Below, piece by piece: positions 15,010 through 30,457 of a stretch of 64,000 nucleotides of DNA. Origin of the DNA: the human T2T-CHM13v2.0 reference genome, Homo sapiens; the NCBI RefSeq assembly GCF_009914755.1, contig NC_060927.1; one strand, 5' to 3'. The notes beneath the pieces are model-generated. The model saw only the letters and a program-made list of their open reading frames with translations, did not search any database and had not been told where the DNA came from. Position numbers and translations under genes: made by a program. The first letter of the stretch is position 1; each line of letters opens with the position of its first letter.

Positions 15010-16950
15010 TTTTTAATTCAACAAGTATTTATTAAGCACTTACACTCGGTATTGGAAATACAGCAGTGAACAAAAAAGGAAAATAAATAAATATCCCTGA
15101 CCTTATAACAGTGGATAGGAGAGACTTCTGTGAGCAGCTCCTCTCACCTTAGCATGTGGTTTCCAGGGCTCCATGTCCTCCTGGTTTCCTCCAGTCTCAC
15201 CAGTTTCTCATCTGTGTGTTTTCTCTTTGTCTACACTCACTCTTCCAAAATCTTATCCAGGCTCATGACTTCAAATGCCACCTACATGTCAATCACTCCT
15301 AAAAGTGTTTGTCCAGTCCAGACCCTTCCTGAGTGGCAGATTCACTAGTCCCACTGTCAACTAGACGTCTGCACTCTGACTTCCAGTTGCTGGCATCTCA
15401 AACGCAACTTGTGCTACCCTAACACTGGCTCATCCGCCAAACCTACTTCACCCCACTTTCCCCAAATTGAGTGATAGCATCTCAGCCCTTCTTATTGCTC
15501 AAGTCAAACACCTCAAAGTACCCCTTGACTACTCTCTTTCCCATCTATATTCAGTGCACCAGGAAGGTCTGCTGTCTCCATCAGCATCATCTACCCAGAA
15601 TGAAATCACTTCTTGCCACCTCCATACCTTTCACTGAGTCCAAACTGCCACCATTTCTCTTGAGTGCAATGTCACAGCTGCCTCCTGGTCTCCTCTTGCT
15701 GCCCCTGATGCCTTCAGTCTGTTCTGCACACATCAGCCTGTGAATACATGAGTCAGATCCTCCCATTCCCTGCTCAGAACCCTGGAGTACTTCCTCCCCA
15801 AGGGAAAACCAGAGACATCAGGACCTTCATAATTCCCTATCACCCCCCCGACTGTATCTCCCCGGCCAGCTTTTGGCCTTGCTGCTCAATCTCCCAGTGT
15901 TCCTCACACATCACACCCCATGCACTCTCCTGCACAGTGTATGAGTTATGGTTGTTCCCATGCCTGGATTGCACAGATTTCCAAAGAGCTGCACCCCAGC
16001 TCTCAGAGCCCCTCATTTCAGACTGTAACCTGCCCCACTCTGCCCCCAGCACTCAGTACCACCTTTATCCCCTCATCCTGGCTCTATATGTTTCCATAGC
16101 AGTTACCACCTTCTCAGAATTTTTTTTTTTTGAGACATAATCTTGCTCTGTCACCCAGGCTGCAGTGCTATGACATTGCAACCTCCGCTTCCAGGGTTGA
16201 AGCGATTCTCATGCCTCAGCCTCCCAAGTAGCTGGGATTACAGGCGTGTGCCACCACACCCGGCTAATTTTTCTATTCTTCAATAGAGACGGGGTTTCAC
16301 CATGTTATCCAGGCCAGGCTGGTCTCAAACTCTTGGCCTCAAGTGATACACACTCCTTGACCTCCCAAAGTGCTGGGATAACAGGCATTAGGCACCGTAC
16401 CCGGCCGCTTCATAGCAGTTACCACCTTGGGGCCGCCCTAGCATTAATTCACTCTTCCATTCCTTTCACAAGTGCTTATCAAGGTCTGACTTAGATTAGA
16501 CACCAGGGATGCAGCGTGAATAAACACAGCAAGAATTCAAATGATTTATTTGTCCGGAGGTGGGTGAGAGGCAACAGACAGTAAAAGAACAAATAACATA
16601 ATTATAGGCAGAGTGACTACAATGGAGAAAAGGAACCAAGCAAAAGTGCAGAGTATGGTGTTTATGTCTAAGGCAGCAGGAGAGGTAGATCTGAGAAGGG
16701 AACATCTGAGCTAAGATCAGCCCAAAGGCACTGGCTGAGCATGGAAAGATCTAGAGGAAGCCATTTCTGACAAAAGCACAGCAAGTACAAAGACCCCGAG
16801 GAAAGAAGAAGTTTGATATTTTGAGGGAATATGAAAAGGCCACTTGGGTCTAATGGAAGAAATAGCTCAGAACTTAAGGGAAAGATGCACAGAGCTGAAA
16901 ACGATGAAGGAATAGACCACAGATCTGGGGGGCAAGTCCAAGAATTCTGA
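15010..16950. mobile_element. LINE-2 fragments in both orientations, interrupted by an Alu
   Basis: L2 3'-end motif ATTCAACAAGTATTTATTAAGCAC at ~15016 and a pyrimidine-rich L2 body at 15150-16110. Boundaries approximate. Confidence 0.65.
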
Positions 16951-17439
16951 TGTGCAGACAGCAGGAGTCCTAAAAGGAGAAAAAGGGACAGCTGAAATGG
17001 AGGCACCAGCTAGTCAAACTACAGAAGAAAACTTTCATGACATGAAGAAAACTCTGTGTCAGCCGGGTGCAGTGGCTCACACTTGTAATCCCAGCACTTT
17101 GGGAGGCTGAGGCAGGCAGATCACTTGAGGTTAGGAGTTTGAAACCAGCCCGGCCACCATGATGAAACCCTGTCTCTACTAAAAAATACAAAAATCAGCC
17201 GGGCGTGGTGTAGTCCCAGCTACACCTGTAGTCCCAGGTGTAGCGTGGTGTAGTCTCAGTGCACCTGTAGTCCCAGCTATTCCGGAAGCTGAGACAGGAG
17301 AATCACTTGAACCCAGGAGATAGAGGTTGCAGTGAGCCAAGATCACGCTACTGCACTACAGCCTGGGTGACAGAGCAAGACTCCCTCTCAAAAAAAAAAA
17401 AGAAAGAGAAAAGAAAAAAGAAAAAGCTGTGTGTAGATG

Positions 17440-19625
<2,186 letters not shown>

Positions 19626-19769
19626 TAGGCTGGTCTCATACTCCTGACCTCAGGTGATCCACCCACCTCAGCCTCCCAAAGTGGTGGGATTACAGGCGTG
19701 AGCCACCGTGCGTGGCCAAATGTTCTTTTACATGTCTTTTGGTGGACACACCATTTGTTTCTGTTGCAT

Positions 19770-20150
19770 ATAACTCAGGCTATTTGGATACTTCCACCAT
19801 CATCCTTGATGTGTTGGATTCTGTCCTCAGGCTTATGGCCCTTGCATTGAAAGATAGCTGCATCCTTTCCAAACATCATATCAGTATTCAAAGTAGGAGG
19901 TAGGCTGGCACCAGCCACATCTATCCCCTTTATCAGGTAAGCAAATGCTTTCCCAGAAGCCCCAGCAGACTTCCATTTATTGTTCATTGACCAGTGACTC
20001 AGGCTTCTCAGGCTCACAAGGAGGCTGAGAAGTCAGAGAATGGGTCAGGATTTGTCTATTACTTGGGACTGGACACTTACCCTCCTGGACAAAATTGAGG
20101 TTTGTTAGCAAAGAAGGAGAAAAGGGTATTAAGAGGCAATGGACAGAACC
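19770..20150. mobile_element. MLT1-type (MaLR) LTR relic
   Basis: CTTTCCCAGAAGCCCCAGCAGACTTCC...CATTGACCAG...AGGAGGCTGAGAA resembles MLT1J/K. Confidence 0.55.
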
Positions 20151-21134
20151 TCACAACATGAAAAGACGTTGAAACTCATCAGAAGGCAAGGAATGGTCAT
20201 CAAAGTAAGCAATATAGCAACGACAAAACTATGGAGAGAATAGGACTTCATCAGGGTGAAAGTATTGGAGTGTACCTTGCCACTGAAGATCTTTTATTTA
20301 CTTCAAGAGAGATTTAAGGGTGGCAGTTTGAGATAAAACCAGGAGATATCAGTTATGATGGTTTGGAGGAAAAGTGTAAACTGGCAGTGTAAACAAGGGC
20401 AGGGCATTTATGAGTAGTTGAGAATGGTGAATAGGAGTATGACTACACAGAAGATAGTAGGGATGACAAGTTTTTGGGGCATAGTCCAAGTAGTGGGGGT
20501 GACTGCGTATAGCCCTGTTGCAAAAAGTAGGGTAAGGATGAATAGACTTAAAAGAATGAAGGGATGTATTAGGCTCATAAGGGTTATTACTGTTTTTCAG
20601 AAATGCGAGTGAGTTTAAGGGAAGTAGGGGAGAGTACTTCCGACTTCCAGGAGGAAGAAGAGAGATCAGGCTGGCTGGCTGACAGACACAGCTTTATTCT
20701 GGAATGGTGAACCCAATGGGGAGGGTCCTGCAGGCGGATGGCAGTTGGGGTGCTATAGATGACTAAGTAGGGTCCAGTCCATCGAGGTTGTAGAGTTTGA
20801 GGGGTCAGATTTTTAATAAGAACTGATCGTCCAGCTAGGGTGTCTTTATATGTCTGGGAATCTGGAGTAGGCAAGAGAAGATTAGCAGCCTGGCGAATTT
20901 CCTGTCTAGCCTGCTTGAGGACTGGAAGATAGTCACCTAGAGGGCTGGTGTCTGGGACGAGGCTGGGGCTGAACAAGAAAGTACGTCCATATAAAAGTTT
21001 AAATGGACTGTGCCCTGTAGCATCTCGAGAACAGGCTCTAATTCTGAGAAGGGCAACAGGTAAAAATACTGTCCAGTCCTTTTTAAGTTGAAGGATGAGC
21101 TTAGTGAGGTGTGTCTTTAAAATACCATTAGTCT

Positions 21135-21447
<313 letters not shown>

Positions 21448-21903
21448 TTACCTTTCCTGAAGATTGAGGACGGTAAGGGGTGTGAAGGTTTTGCTGAATA
21501 TCAAGAGTCTGAGAAACTGCTTGGGTGATATGACTAATAAAGGCCAGTCTGTTATCGGACTGTATAGAGATGGAAAGGCCAAACTGAGGAATTATGTCTG
21601 ACAGAAGGGAAGAAATGACCGCGGTGGCCTTTTCAGACCCTGTGGGAAAGGCCTCTACCCATCCAGTGAAAGTGTCTACCCAGACCAAGAGGTATTTTAG
21701 TTTTTTGACTCAGGGCATGTGAGTAAGTCAATTTGCCAGTCCTGGGCAGGGGCAAATCCCTGAGCTTGATGTGTAGGGAAGGGAGGGGGCCTGAACAATC
21801 CCTGAGGAGTAGTAGAATAGGAGATAGAACACTGAGAAGTGACTTTTTTGAGGATAGATTTCCACAATGGAAACAAAATAAGAGGTTTTAAGAGACGGGC
21901 TAG

Positions 21904-22235
<332 letters not shown>

Positions 22236-24135
22236 TTAAAGAGGTTATGAAATGATGACAGAATAGAATGGGCCTGTGAGGCTGGAAGGAGATATTCTTC
22301 TTGGTCTAAGAACCACTTGCCTTGTGTGGGAAGAGACTGACAGGTGGAAGTTTTAGTGGGAGAGTAGGTGGGAGTGACTGATAAGAGGAAGAAAAACTGG
22401 CCACGAAGGACAGAAGTTAGAATGCTAGCTGCTTGTTTAGCTGTCTTATCAGCATAACTGTTGCCTTGAGCGATGGGATCTGATGCCTTTTGATGGCCCT
22501 TGCAGTGAATGACTCTTTGGAAGTAAAGCAGCCTTGAGAAGAGTTTTTATTAAAGAGGCGTTAATGATGGAGGACCCTTGCGTAGTGAGGAAACCTCTTT
22601 CAGCCCATATAACAGCAATGGTGGTGCAGGATATGGAAGGCATATTTAGAGTCAGTATAAATATTGACGTGTAGTCCTTTTGCAAGAGTGAGGGCCCGAG
22701 TTAAGGCAATGAGTTCAGATTGCTGAGAGGTAGTGGAGCTGGGCAGAGTGGTAGCCTCAATGATAGATGTGGAAGATACTATAGCATAGCCTGCCTTTGC
22801 TGGTGAGTGGCAATTAGGCCTGGTGGAACTGCCATCAATAAACCGAGTATGATCAGGGTGAGGAACAGGAAAGAAGGAAATATGGGTAAATGGAGTGAAT
22901 GTCAGGTGGATCAGAGAGATACAGTCATGGGGGTCGGAGTGGTATCCGGAATAATGTGGGAGGCCAGATTGAAGTCCAGACCAGGAACAATGGTAATTGT
23001 GGGAGACTCAACAAAGAGTGAGTATAGCTGAAGGAGCCAGGGAGCAGAAAGTATATGCGTCAGGTGTGAGGAAGAAAATAGATTTTGGAAGTTATGAGAA
23101 CTGTAGAGAGTGAGTTGACCATAGTTTGTGAATTTGAGGGCCTGTAAAACTATTAGGGTGGTGGCAGCCACCGCACAGAGGCATGATGGCCAGCTTAAAA
23201 TAGTAAGGTCAATTTGTTTGGACAAAAAGCCCACAGGGTGCAGTCCCAGTCCTTGTGTAAGAATTTTGACTGCACAGCCCTGCACTTCAGCTGTGTGTAA
23301 TGAAAAGGGTTGGGATGGGTCAGGCAGAGCTAGTGTGGGAGCAGTCTCTAGAGCTGTCTTTAAGGAATGGAAACAGGAGTGGGGAAAGGATTTAGGATCT
23401 ATGGGGTCAGCTAGGTTTTTCTTTGTGAGTTTATATAATGGTTTTGTTAGGATGGCAAAACCACGTATCCAAAGGTGAAAGTATCCAACCATGCCCAGAA
23501 AGGAAAAAAGTTGTTGTTTTATAGAAGGGGTTGGGGTTTGGGAGATTAGCCAGACATAATCACCAGACATAAACACCATGTGTGTTTTTATGAAAAATTA
23601 TGCCAAGATAGGTAATTGGGTGAGGAAGAAATTTGGGCTTGACTGAAGTAATGGGGGCTGTCCCTGAAGCCTTGCGGCAGTATAGCCCAGGTAAGTTGCT
23701 GAGGCTGATGGGTGTCAGGGTCAGTCCAGGTAAAAGCAAAGAGGGCCTGGGACGAGGGGTGCAGGGGAATAGTGAAAAAGTGTTTCTAAGATCAAGAACG
23801 GAATAGTGCGTTGTGGAGGAAGGTATTGAGGACAAAAGAATGTATGGGTTGGGCACCACAGCGTGGATAGGCAAAACAATTTTGTTGATAAGGTGCAGAT
23901 CCTGAGCTAACCTGTAAGACTTGTCTGGTTTTTGGACAGGTAAAATGGGGGAATTGTAAGGAGAGTTTATAGGCTTTAGAAGCCCATGCTGTAGCAGGTG
24001 AGTGATAACAGGCTTTAACTTTTTTAAAGCCTGCTGTGAGATGGGATATTGGCATTGAGTGGGGTAAGGGTGATTAGGTTTTAATGGGATCATAAGGGGT
24101 GCATGATTGGTCACCAAGGTAGGAGTAGAGGTATC

Positions 24136-24500
24136 TTATACTTGTGGATTAAGGTAAGGAGACACAAGGGGAGGATGTGAAGGAGGCTTTGAATTGGGGA
24201 AAAGGGCAGCAATGAGGTGTGGCTCTAGCCCAGGAATAGTCAGGGAAGTAGATAATTTAGTTAGAATGTCTTGACATAATAAGGAAAGTGGGCAGGTGGA
24301 AATAAATAAAAAGGAGTGCATAAAAGAATGTTGTCCACGTTGGCACCAGAGTGGGGGAGTTTAAGGGGTTTTGAAGCTTGGCCATCAATACCCACAACAG
24401 TTATGGGGGCAAGGGAAACAGGCCCTTGAGAAGAAGGTAACGTGGAGTGGGTAGCCCTTGTATCGATTAAACAGGGGATGGACTTAGCCTTCACTGTGAG
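24136..24500 (-). pseudogene. HERV-H protease, defective
   Basis: LIDTRATHSTL has the catalytic DTG mutated to DTR. VVGIDG is present. Frameshifted. Confidence 0.88.
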
Positions 24501-24560
24501 AGTTACCCGAAGCTCGGCATCCGTGATGGTCCAGGGGGCTTCTGAAGTGATCAGGCAGCA

Positions 24561-26022
24561 TCAGTTTTCAGCCGCTAAGCCGAGCAGATCTGGGAAGGAG
24601 TCAGTCAGAGAGCCTTGGCCCAGAGCTTTAGGGACTCTAGGAGTGGCTGCCAGGCAAGATGGGCAGTCTGATTTCCAGTTGGTCCCTGCACAGATGGGAC
24701 ACGGCTTGGGAGTAATCCCAGGCTGTGGGCACTCCTTGGCCCAGTGGCCAGATTTCTGGCATTTGAAGCAAGATCCTGATGGAGGAGGTCCTGTAGGAAT
24801 GCCTGACCACTGTGGTTTAGGCATTTTGAAGTTCTTATGTGCTGGAGGTGCGGCTGGATTTTGTCTCACAGCAGAGGCAAGTAATCGTAACTCAGAAATG
24901 TGTTGCCGTCTGGCTGCCTGCTCTCTATTACTGTACACCTTGAAGGTGAGATTGATTAATTCCTGTTGTGGGGTTTGAGGGCCAGATTCCAATTTTTGAA
25001 GCTTTTTTTTTTTTTTTTTTTTCATGTCAGGAGCTGACTGGGTGATAAAATGTATATTGAGAATGAGACGGCCTTCTGACCCTTCAGGGTCTAGGGCTGT
25101 AAAGTGTCTCAGGGTTGCTGCCAAATGAGCCATGAACTGGGCTGGGTTTTCGTCTTTACCTTGGGTAGGTTTTTTTTTTAAGTTTATCGTAATTAACAGC
25201 TTTGTATGCTGCCTTTTTAAGCCCTTCAACTAGGCAGGAAACCATGTAATCTTGCCTAGCTATACCTGGGGAATCTGCCTGATAGTTTCATTGGGGATCC
25301 GCTTAGAGAACTGCTCTACTGCCTTCTTGGAGGTCTGGCTCATGACACCAGCAGTTGTCAGCATGAGACTGGGCTAGAGAAAAAACTCTTTCCTGTTCAT
25401 GTGGGGAGAGGGTAGAAGTTAGGATGACATTTAAGTCACTCCAGGTTAAATTGTACGACAGAGTTAGATATCGGAATTCCTGTATATATTTAGTGAGGTC
25501 TGATGAGAAAGAGCCTAAAAGCTGGCTGATTTGGGAAAGGTCTGATAGAGAAAAAGGCACATGTACCCTGACTATGCCTTCAGCTCCAGCCACCTCTCTA
25601 AGAGGAAATTGTTGGGCAGGTGGGGAAGAGCTAGTCACAGAATGAAACTGTAAGCCAGACCAGGTATCAGGAGGGGAGGTGATAGAAGGGTTGTAGGGTG
25701 GAGGAGCAGAGGCTGAGGAAGAATTTGAGCCTGATTCAGACTGGCGGAGAGCGACCTGAAGAGGAGAAGTCTGGGGAGGAGGGGAGAGGTCAGATGGGTA
25801 GGTAGAAAAGAAAGATTGAAAGGACTCAAGAGCTTGGGGTGGAGACTGAAGGAACAGACAGGAGAAAAAGAAGAAAGATTTGGGACGAGTCACATTGGGA
25901 GCAGAGACCAGGGAGGGAACAAAGTGTGAAAAATGCCTGGATGTAAGGCACCTCAGACCATTTGCCCATTTTTTGACAAAAATTATCTAGATCTTGTAGG
26001 ATGGAGAAATCAAAAGTGCCGT

Positions 26023-26061
<39 letters not shown>

Positions 26062-26222
26062 CATTTAGAGCCATTATCAAGTTTGTATTTGGGCCAAGCC
26101 ATGTTGCAGAAGAAAATAAGACACTTAGGTTTTAGGTCAGGCGAGAGTTGAAGAGGTTTTAAGTTCTTGAGAACACAGGCTAAGGGGGAAGAAGGAGGAA
26201 TGGAGGGTGGAAGGTTGCCCAT
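24561..26222 (-). pseudogene. HERV-H gag, frameshifted and with stops
   Basis: Start MGNLPPSIPPSSPLAC, MHR-like TQGKDENPAQF, zinc knuckle CFKCQKSGHWAKEC. Spread over ORFs 26010-26342, 25826-26080, 25303-25893 and 24561-25229. Confidence 0.92.
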
Positions 26223-26755
26223 AGTGAAGGAGGCAAGCCTAGAGAAAAGAGAGGGTAGAGACACTTCGGGGGGTGGGGGGGTGGTACTTGCCACCCAGAG
26301 GAGGTGGTACTTGCCACCAAGGTGAAGGATCAAGGCAGGCATCCCCGTGGTGATCAGACACCTCTGAAACGTGGGTGAATAATCAGGCAGGCATCCCCGC
26401 TGTGATTAGACACCTAGACAACAAGGGAAGACTGTCTTCCCGAGTCCTTGACCAGTGCCGGAGTTTTGGGTTCACAGATAAAACACATCTCCTCTGTTTC
26501 TACCAGAAAAGGAAATGAACTGAAATTGAGGGAAGGGAGAGATTGAAGGGTAGCGCAGAAATTGAAAGGAGAAAGAAGTTGAGGGATAGCGAGAGAGGTT
26601 GGAGAAGAGGGTAAAAAGAGTCTGCTTACCCGATTTAAAATCGGTGAGATGTTCCTTGGGCTGGTTGGTTTGAGGACTGGAGGTCGTAGGTGGATCCTTC
26701 TCATGGAGCAAAGAGCAGGAGGACAGGGGATTGATCTCCCAAGGGAGGTACCCTG

Positions 26756-26773
26756 ATCCGAGTCACGGCACCA
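26756..26773 (-). other. Primer binding site complementary to the tRNA-His 3' end
   Basis: TGGTGCCGTGACTCGGAT, 3 nt after the LTR end. Confidence 0.93.
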
Positions 26774-26776
26774 AAA

Positions 26777-27525
26777 TGTCACACGTGTCCATGTGAAGAG
26801 ACCACCAAAAGGCTTTGTGTGAGCAACAAGGCTATTTATTCACTTGGGTGCAAGTGGACTGAGTCTGAGAAAGGAGTCAGCAAAGGGAGTTAGGGATGGG
26901 GCAGTTTTATAGGACTGGGGTAAGCAGTGGAAAGTTACAATTAAAGGGGGTTTTTCTCTTGCGGGCAGGGGTGGGGATCACAAAGTGCATGGTGGGGAGA
27001 TCATAAGTCTCATTGTCCAGAAGAATGTCACGAGGTCGATCTATCGATCAGTTGGGACAGGGCAGAAACAAGTCATAATGGAATGTCATAAGGTTGGTTA
27101 ATCAGTTAAGACAGAAGCTGGAGGCTGGGTGCGGTGGCTCACACCTGTAATCCCAGCACTTTGGGAGGCCGAGGTGGGCAGATCACGAGGTCAGGAGATC
27201 GAGACCATCCTGGCTAACATGGTGAAACCCTGTCTCTACTAAAAATGCAAAAAATTTGCCAGGTGTGGTGACGGGCGCCTGTAGTCCCAGCTACTCAGGA
27301 GGCTGAGGCAGGAGAATGGCGTAAACCCAGGAGGTGGAGCTTGCAGTGAGCCAAGATCACGTCACTGCACTCCAGCTTGGGCGACAGAACAAGACTCTGT
27401 CTCATTTAAAAAAAAAAAGAAAAGAAAAGAAAGACAGGAGCTGGCTGTTTCACTTCTTTTGTACTTTTTGGTTGCCTCAGGCCATCTGGATGTATACCTG
27501 TAGGCTTGGGCTGAGAGGCCTGACA
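26777..27525 (-). mobile_element. 5' LTR, LTR7 family (older LTR7B/C-like), split by an AluY at 27123-27430
   Basis: Begins TGTCAGGCCTCTCAGCCCAAGCC at 27525 and ends GTGTGACA at 26777. TATAAAA at 26905-26911, AATAAA at 26835-26840. Confidence 0.9.
27123..27430 (+). mobile_element. AluY-type insertion in U3 of the LTR
   Basis: TSD AAGACAG(A/G)AGCTGG at 27108-27121 and 27431-27444. Confidence 0.92.
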
Positions 27526-28038
27526 CCCAGGAGATGGAGGTTGCAGTGAGCTGAGATCATGCCACTGCACTCCAGCCTGGGTGACAGAGTGAGACACTGT
27601 CTCAAAAAAAAAAAAAAAAAAAAGAGAAGAGTAACAGGGCCGGGTGCAGGGGCTCACGCCTGTAACCCCAGCACTTTGGGAGGCTGAGGCGGCCAGATCA
27701 CCTGAGGTCGGGAGTTCGCAACCAGCCTGACCAACATGGAGAAACCCCATTTCTACTAAAAATACAAAATTAGCCAGGTATGGTGGTGCATGCCTGTAGT
27801 CCCAGCTACTCAGGAGGCTGAGGCAGGAGAATCGCTTGAACCCGGTTGCAGTGACCCGAGATCATGCCATTGCACTTCAGCCTGGACAACAAGAGCAAAA
27901 CTCCGTCTCAAAAAAAAAAAAAAAAAGGCCAGGCTTGGTGGCTCATGCCTGTAATCCCAGTAATCCCAGTATTCCCAGCACTTTCGGACGCCGAGGTGGG
28001 CAGATCACGAGGTCAGGAGATCAAGACCATCCTGGCTA

Positions 28039-28341
<303 letters not shown>

Positions 28342-28355
28342 CTACTAAAAAATAC

Positions 28356-28492
28356 AGCTTGGCATGGTGGCTCACGCCTGTAATCCCAACTCTTAGGGAG
28401 GCAGAGGCGGGAGGATAGCTTGAGCCCTGGGGTTCAAGACTTGCCTGGGCAATATAGCGAGACACCATTCTCCACAAAAAGAGGGAAAAAAA
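28356..28492 (+). pseudogene. BC200 (BCYRN1)-like monomeric retrocopy
   Basis: CTCTTAGGGAGGCAGAGGCGGGAGGATAGCTTGAGCCC...TGCCTGGGCAATATAGCGAGACACCATTCTCCACAAAAAG carries BC200-diagnostic positions absent from Alu left arms. Confidence 0.75.
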
Positions 28493-28631
28493 CTGTAAAA
28501 ATTACAAAAATTGGCTGGGCACAGTGGCTCACGCCTGTATTCCCAGCACTTTGGGAGGCCAAGGCAGGTGGATCATGAGGTCAGGAGTTCAAGACCAGCC
28601 TGGTCAACATAGTGAAACCCTGTCTCTACTA

Positions 28632-28841
<210 letters not shown>

Positions 28842-28948
28842 CTACTGGGCTGAGGCACAAGAATTGCTTGAACCCGGGAGGCAGAGGTTGCAGTGAGCCA
28901 AGATCATGCCTCTAGACTCCAGCCTGGGTGACAGAGCAAGACTATCTT

Positions 28949-28979
<31 letters not shown>

Positions 28980-29234
28980 GACACACATATATATATGACA
29001 TAATATATAAGTTGCTTTATTACCAACAGACTAGCAAAAATCAAAAAGAGCTGCACCAGGCTGGGCGTGGTAGCTTACGCCTGTAATCCCAGCACTTTGG
29101 GAGGCTGAGGCGGGTGGATTGCCTGAGGTCAGGAGTTCGTGATCAGCCTGGCCAACATGGTGAAACCCCGTCTCTACTAAAACTACAAAAATTAGCTGGG
29201 CGTGGTGGTGTACGCCTGTAGTCCCAGCTACTCA

Positions 29235-29411
<177 letters not shown>

Positions 29412-29677
29412 TCAGGGATGTGAGAAAAAGGATGCTTCCAAACATTGTTGACAGAGGTAAGACTGGCTACAGCCTTTTTGGAAAGCAATTTGGCAAACTC
29501 CAGTAAAATAAAAATGCATATACTTCTGGGTCCTGTAATTCCAATCTTGGGATTCTCACTTATAGAAATAAAAGCACTGAGATGGCCGGGTGCAGTGGCT
29601 CACGACTGTAATCCCAGCACTTTGGGAGGCCAAGGTGGGCGGATCACGATGTCAGGAGATCGAGACCATCCTAGCTA

Positions 29678-29981
<304 letters not shown>

Positions 29982-30327
29982 TTAAAGACATTTTGGGACC
30001 TCTAAAGTGTTATGGCTACTACATTGTGTAACAAATTACCTCAAATTTGGTGGCTTATAACAACTTATTTTGCTCACAAATCTGCCATTTGAGCAAGATT
30101 CAATGGAGATAACTTTTCTCTGATGCATTAGCTGGGGAAGCTTGCAGGCTGGGGTTGGAATCATCTGAAGGCTCCTCACTTGAAGTCTGCCATTTGAGGC
30201 TGGCTGTCATCTGAGAATTTAGCCAGGGCTGAAAACCTGCATGTGGCCTCTCCTGGACTTCCTCACAACATGGTAGATAGATTCCAAGGATGATTATACT
30301 AAGTGAGAGCAAGTAAAGTGGAAGTTC

Positions 30328-30424
30328 TGATACAGGGCTGGTGAGCCCTAAAGTGGAGCTTAGCCCATGAGGGTTCTTGGCTTTGCCCAGGAAAGAATTC
30401 AAGGGCAAGCCAGAAGTAGAAGAA

Positions 30425-30457
<33 letters not shown>

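Noticed and set aside
26280-26415. Short direct repeats in the proviral leader (GGTGGTACTTGCCACC twice; AGGCAGGCATCCCC twice)
   Set aside because: Repeats of this kind are a normal feature of the HERV-H pre-gag leader.
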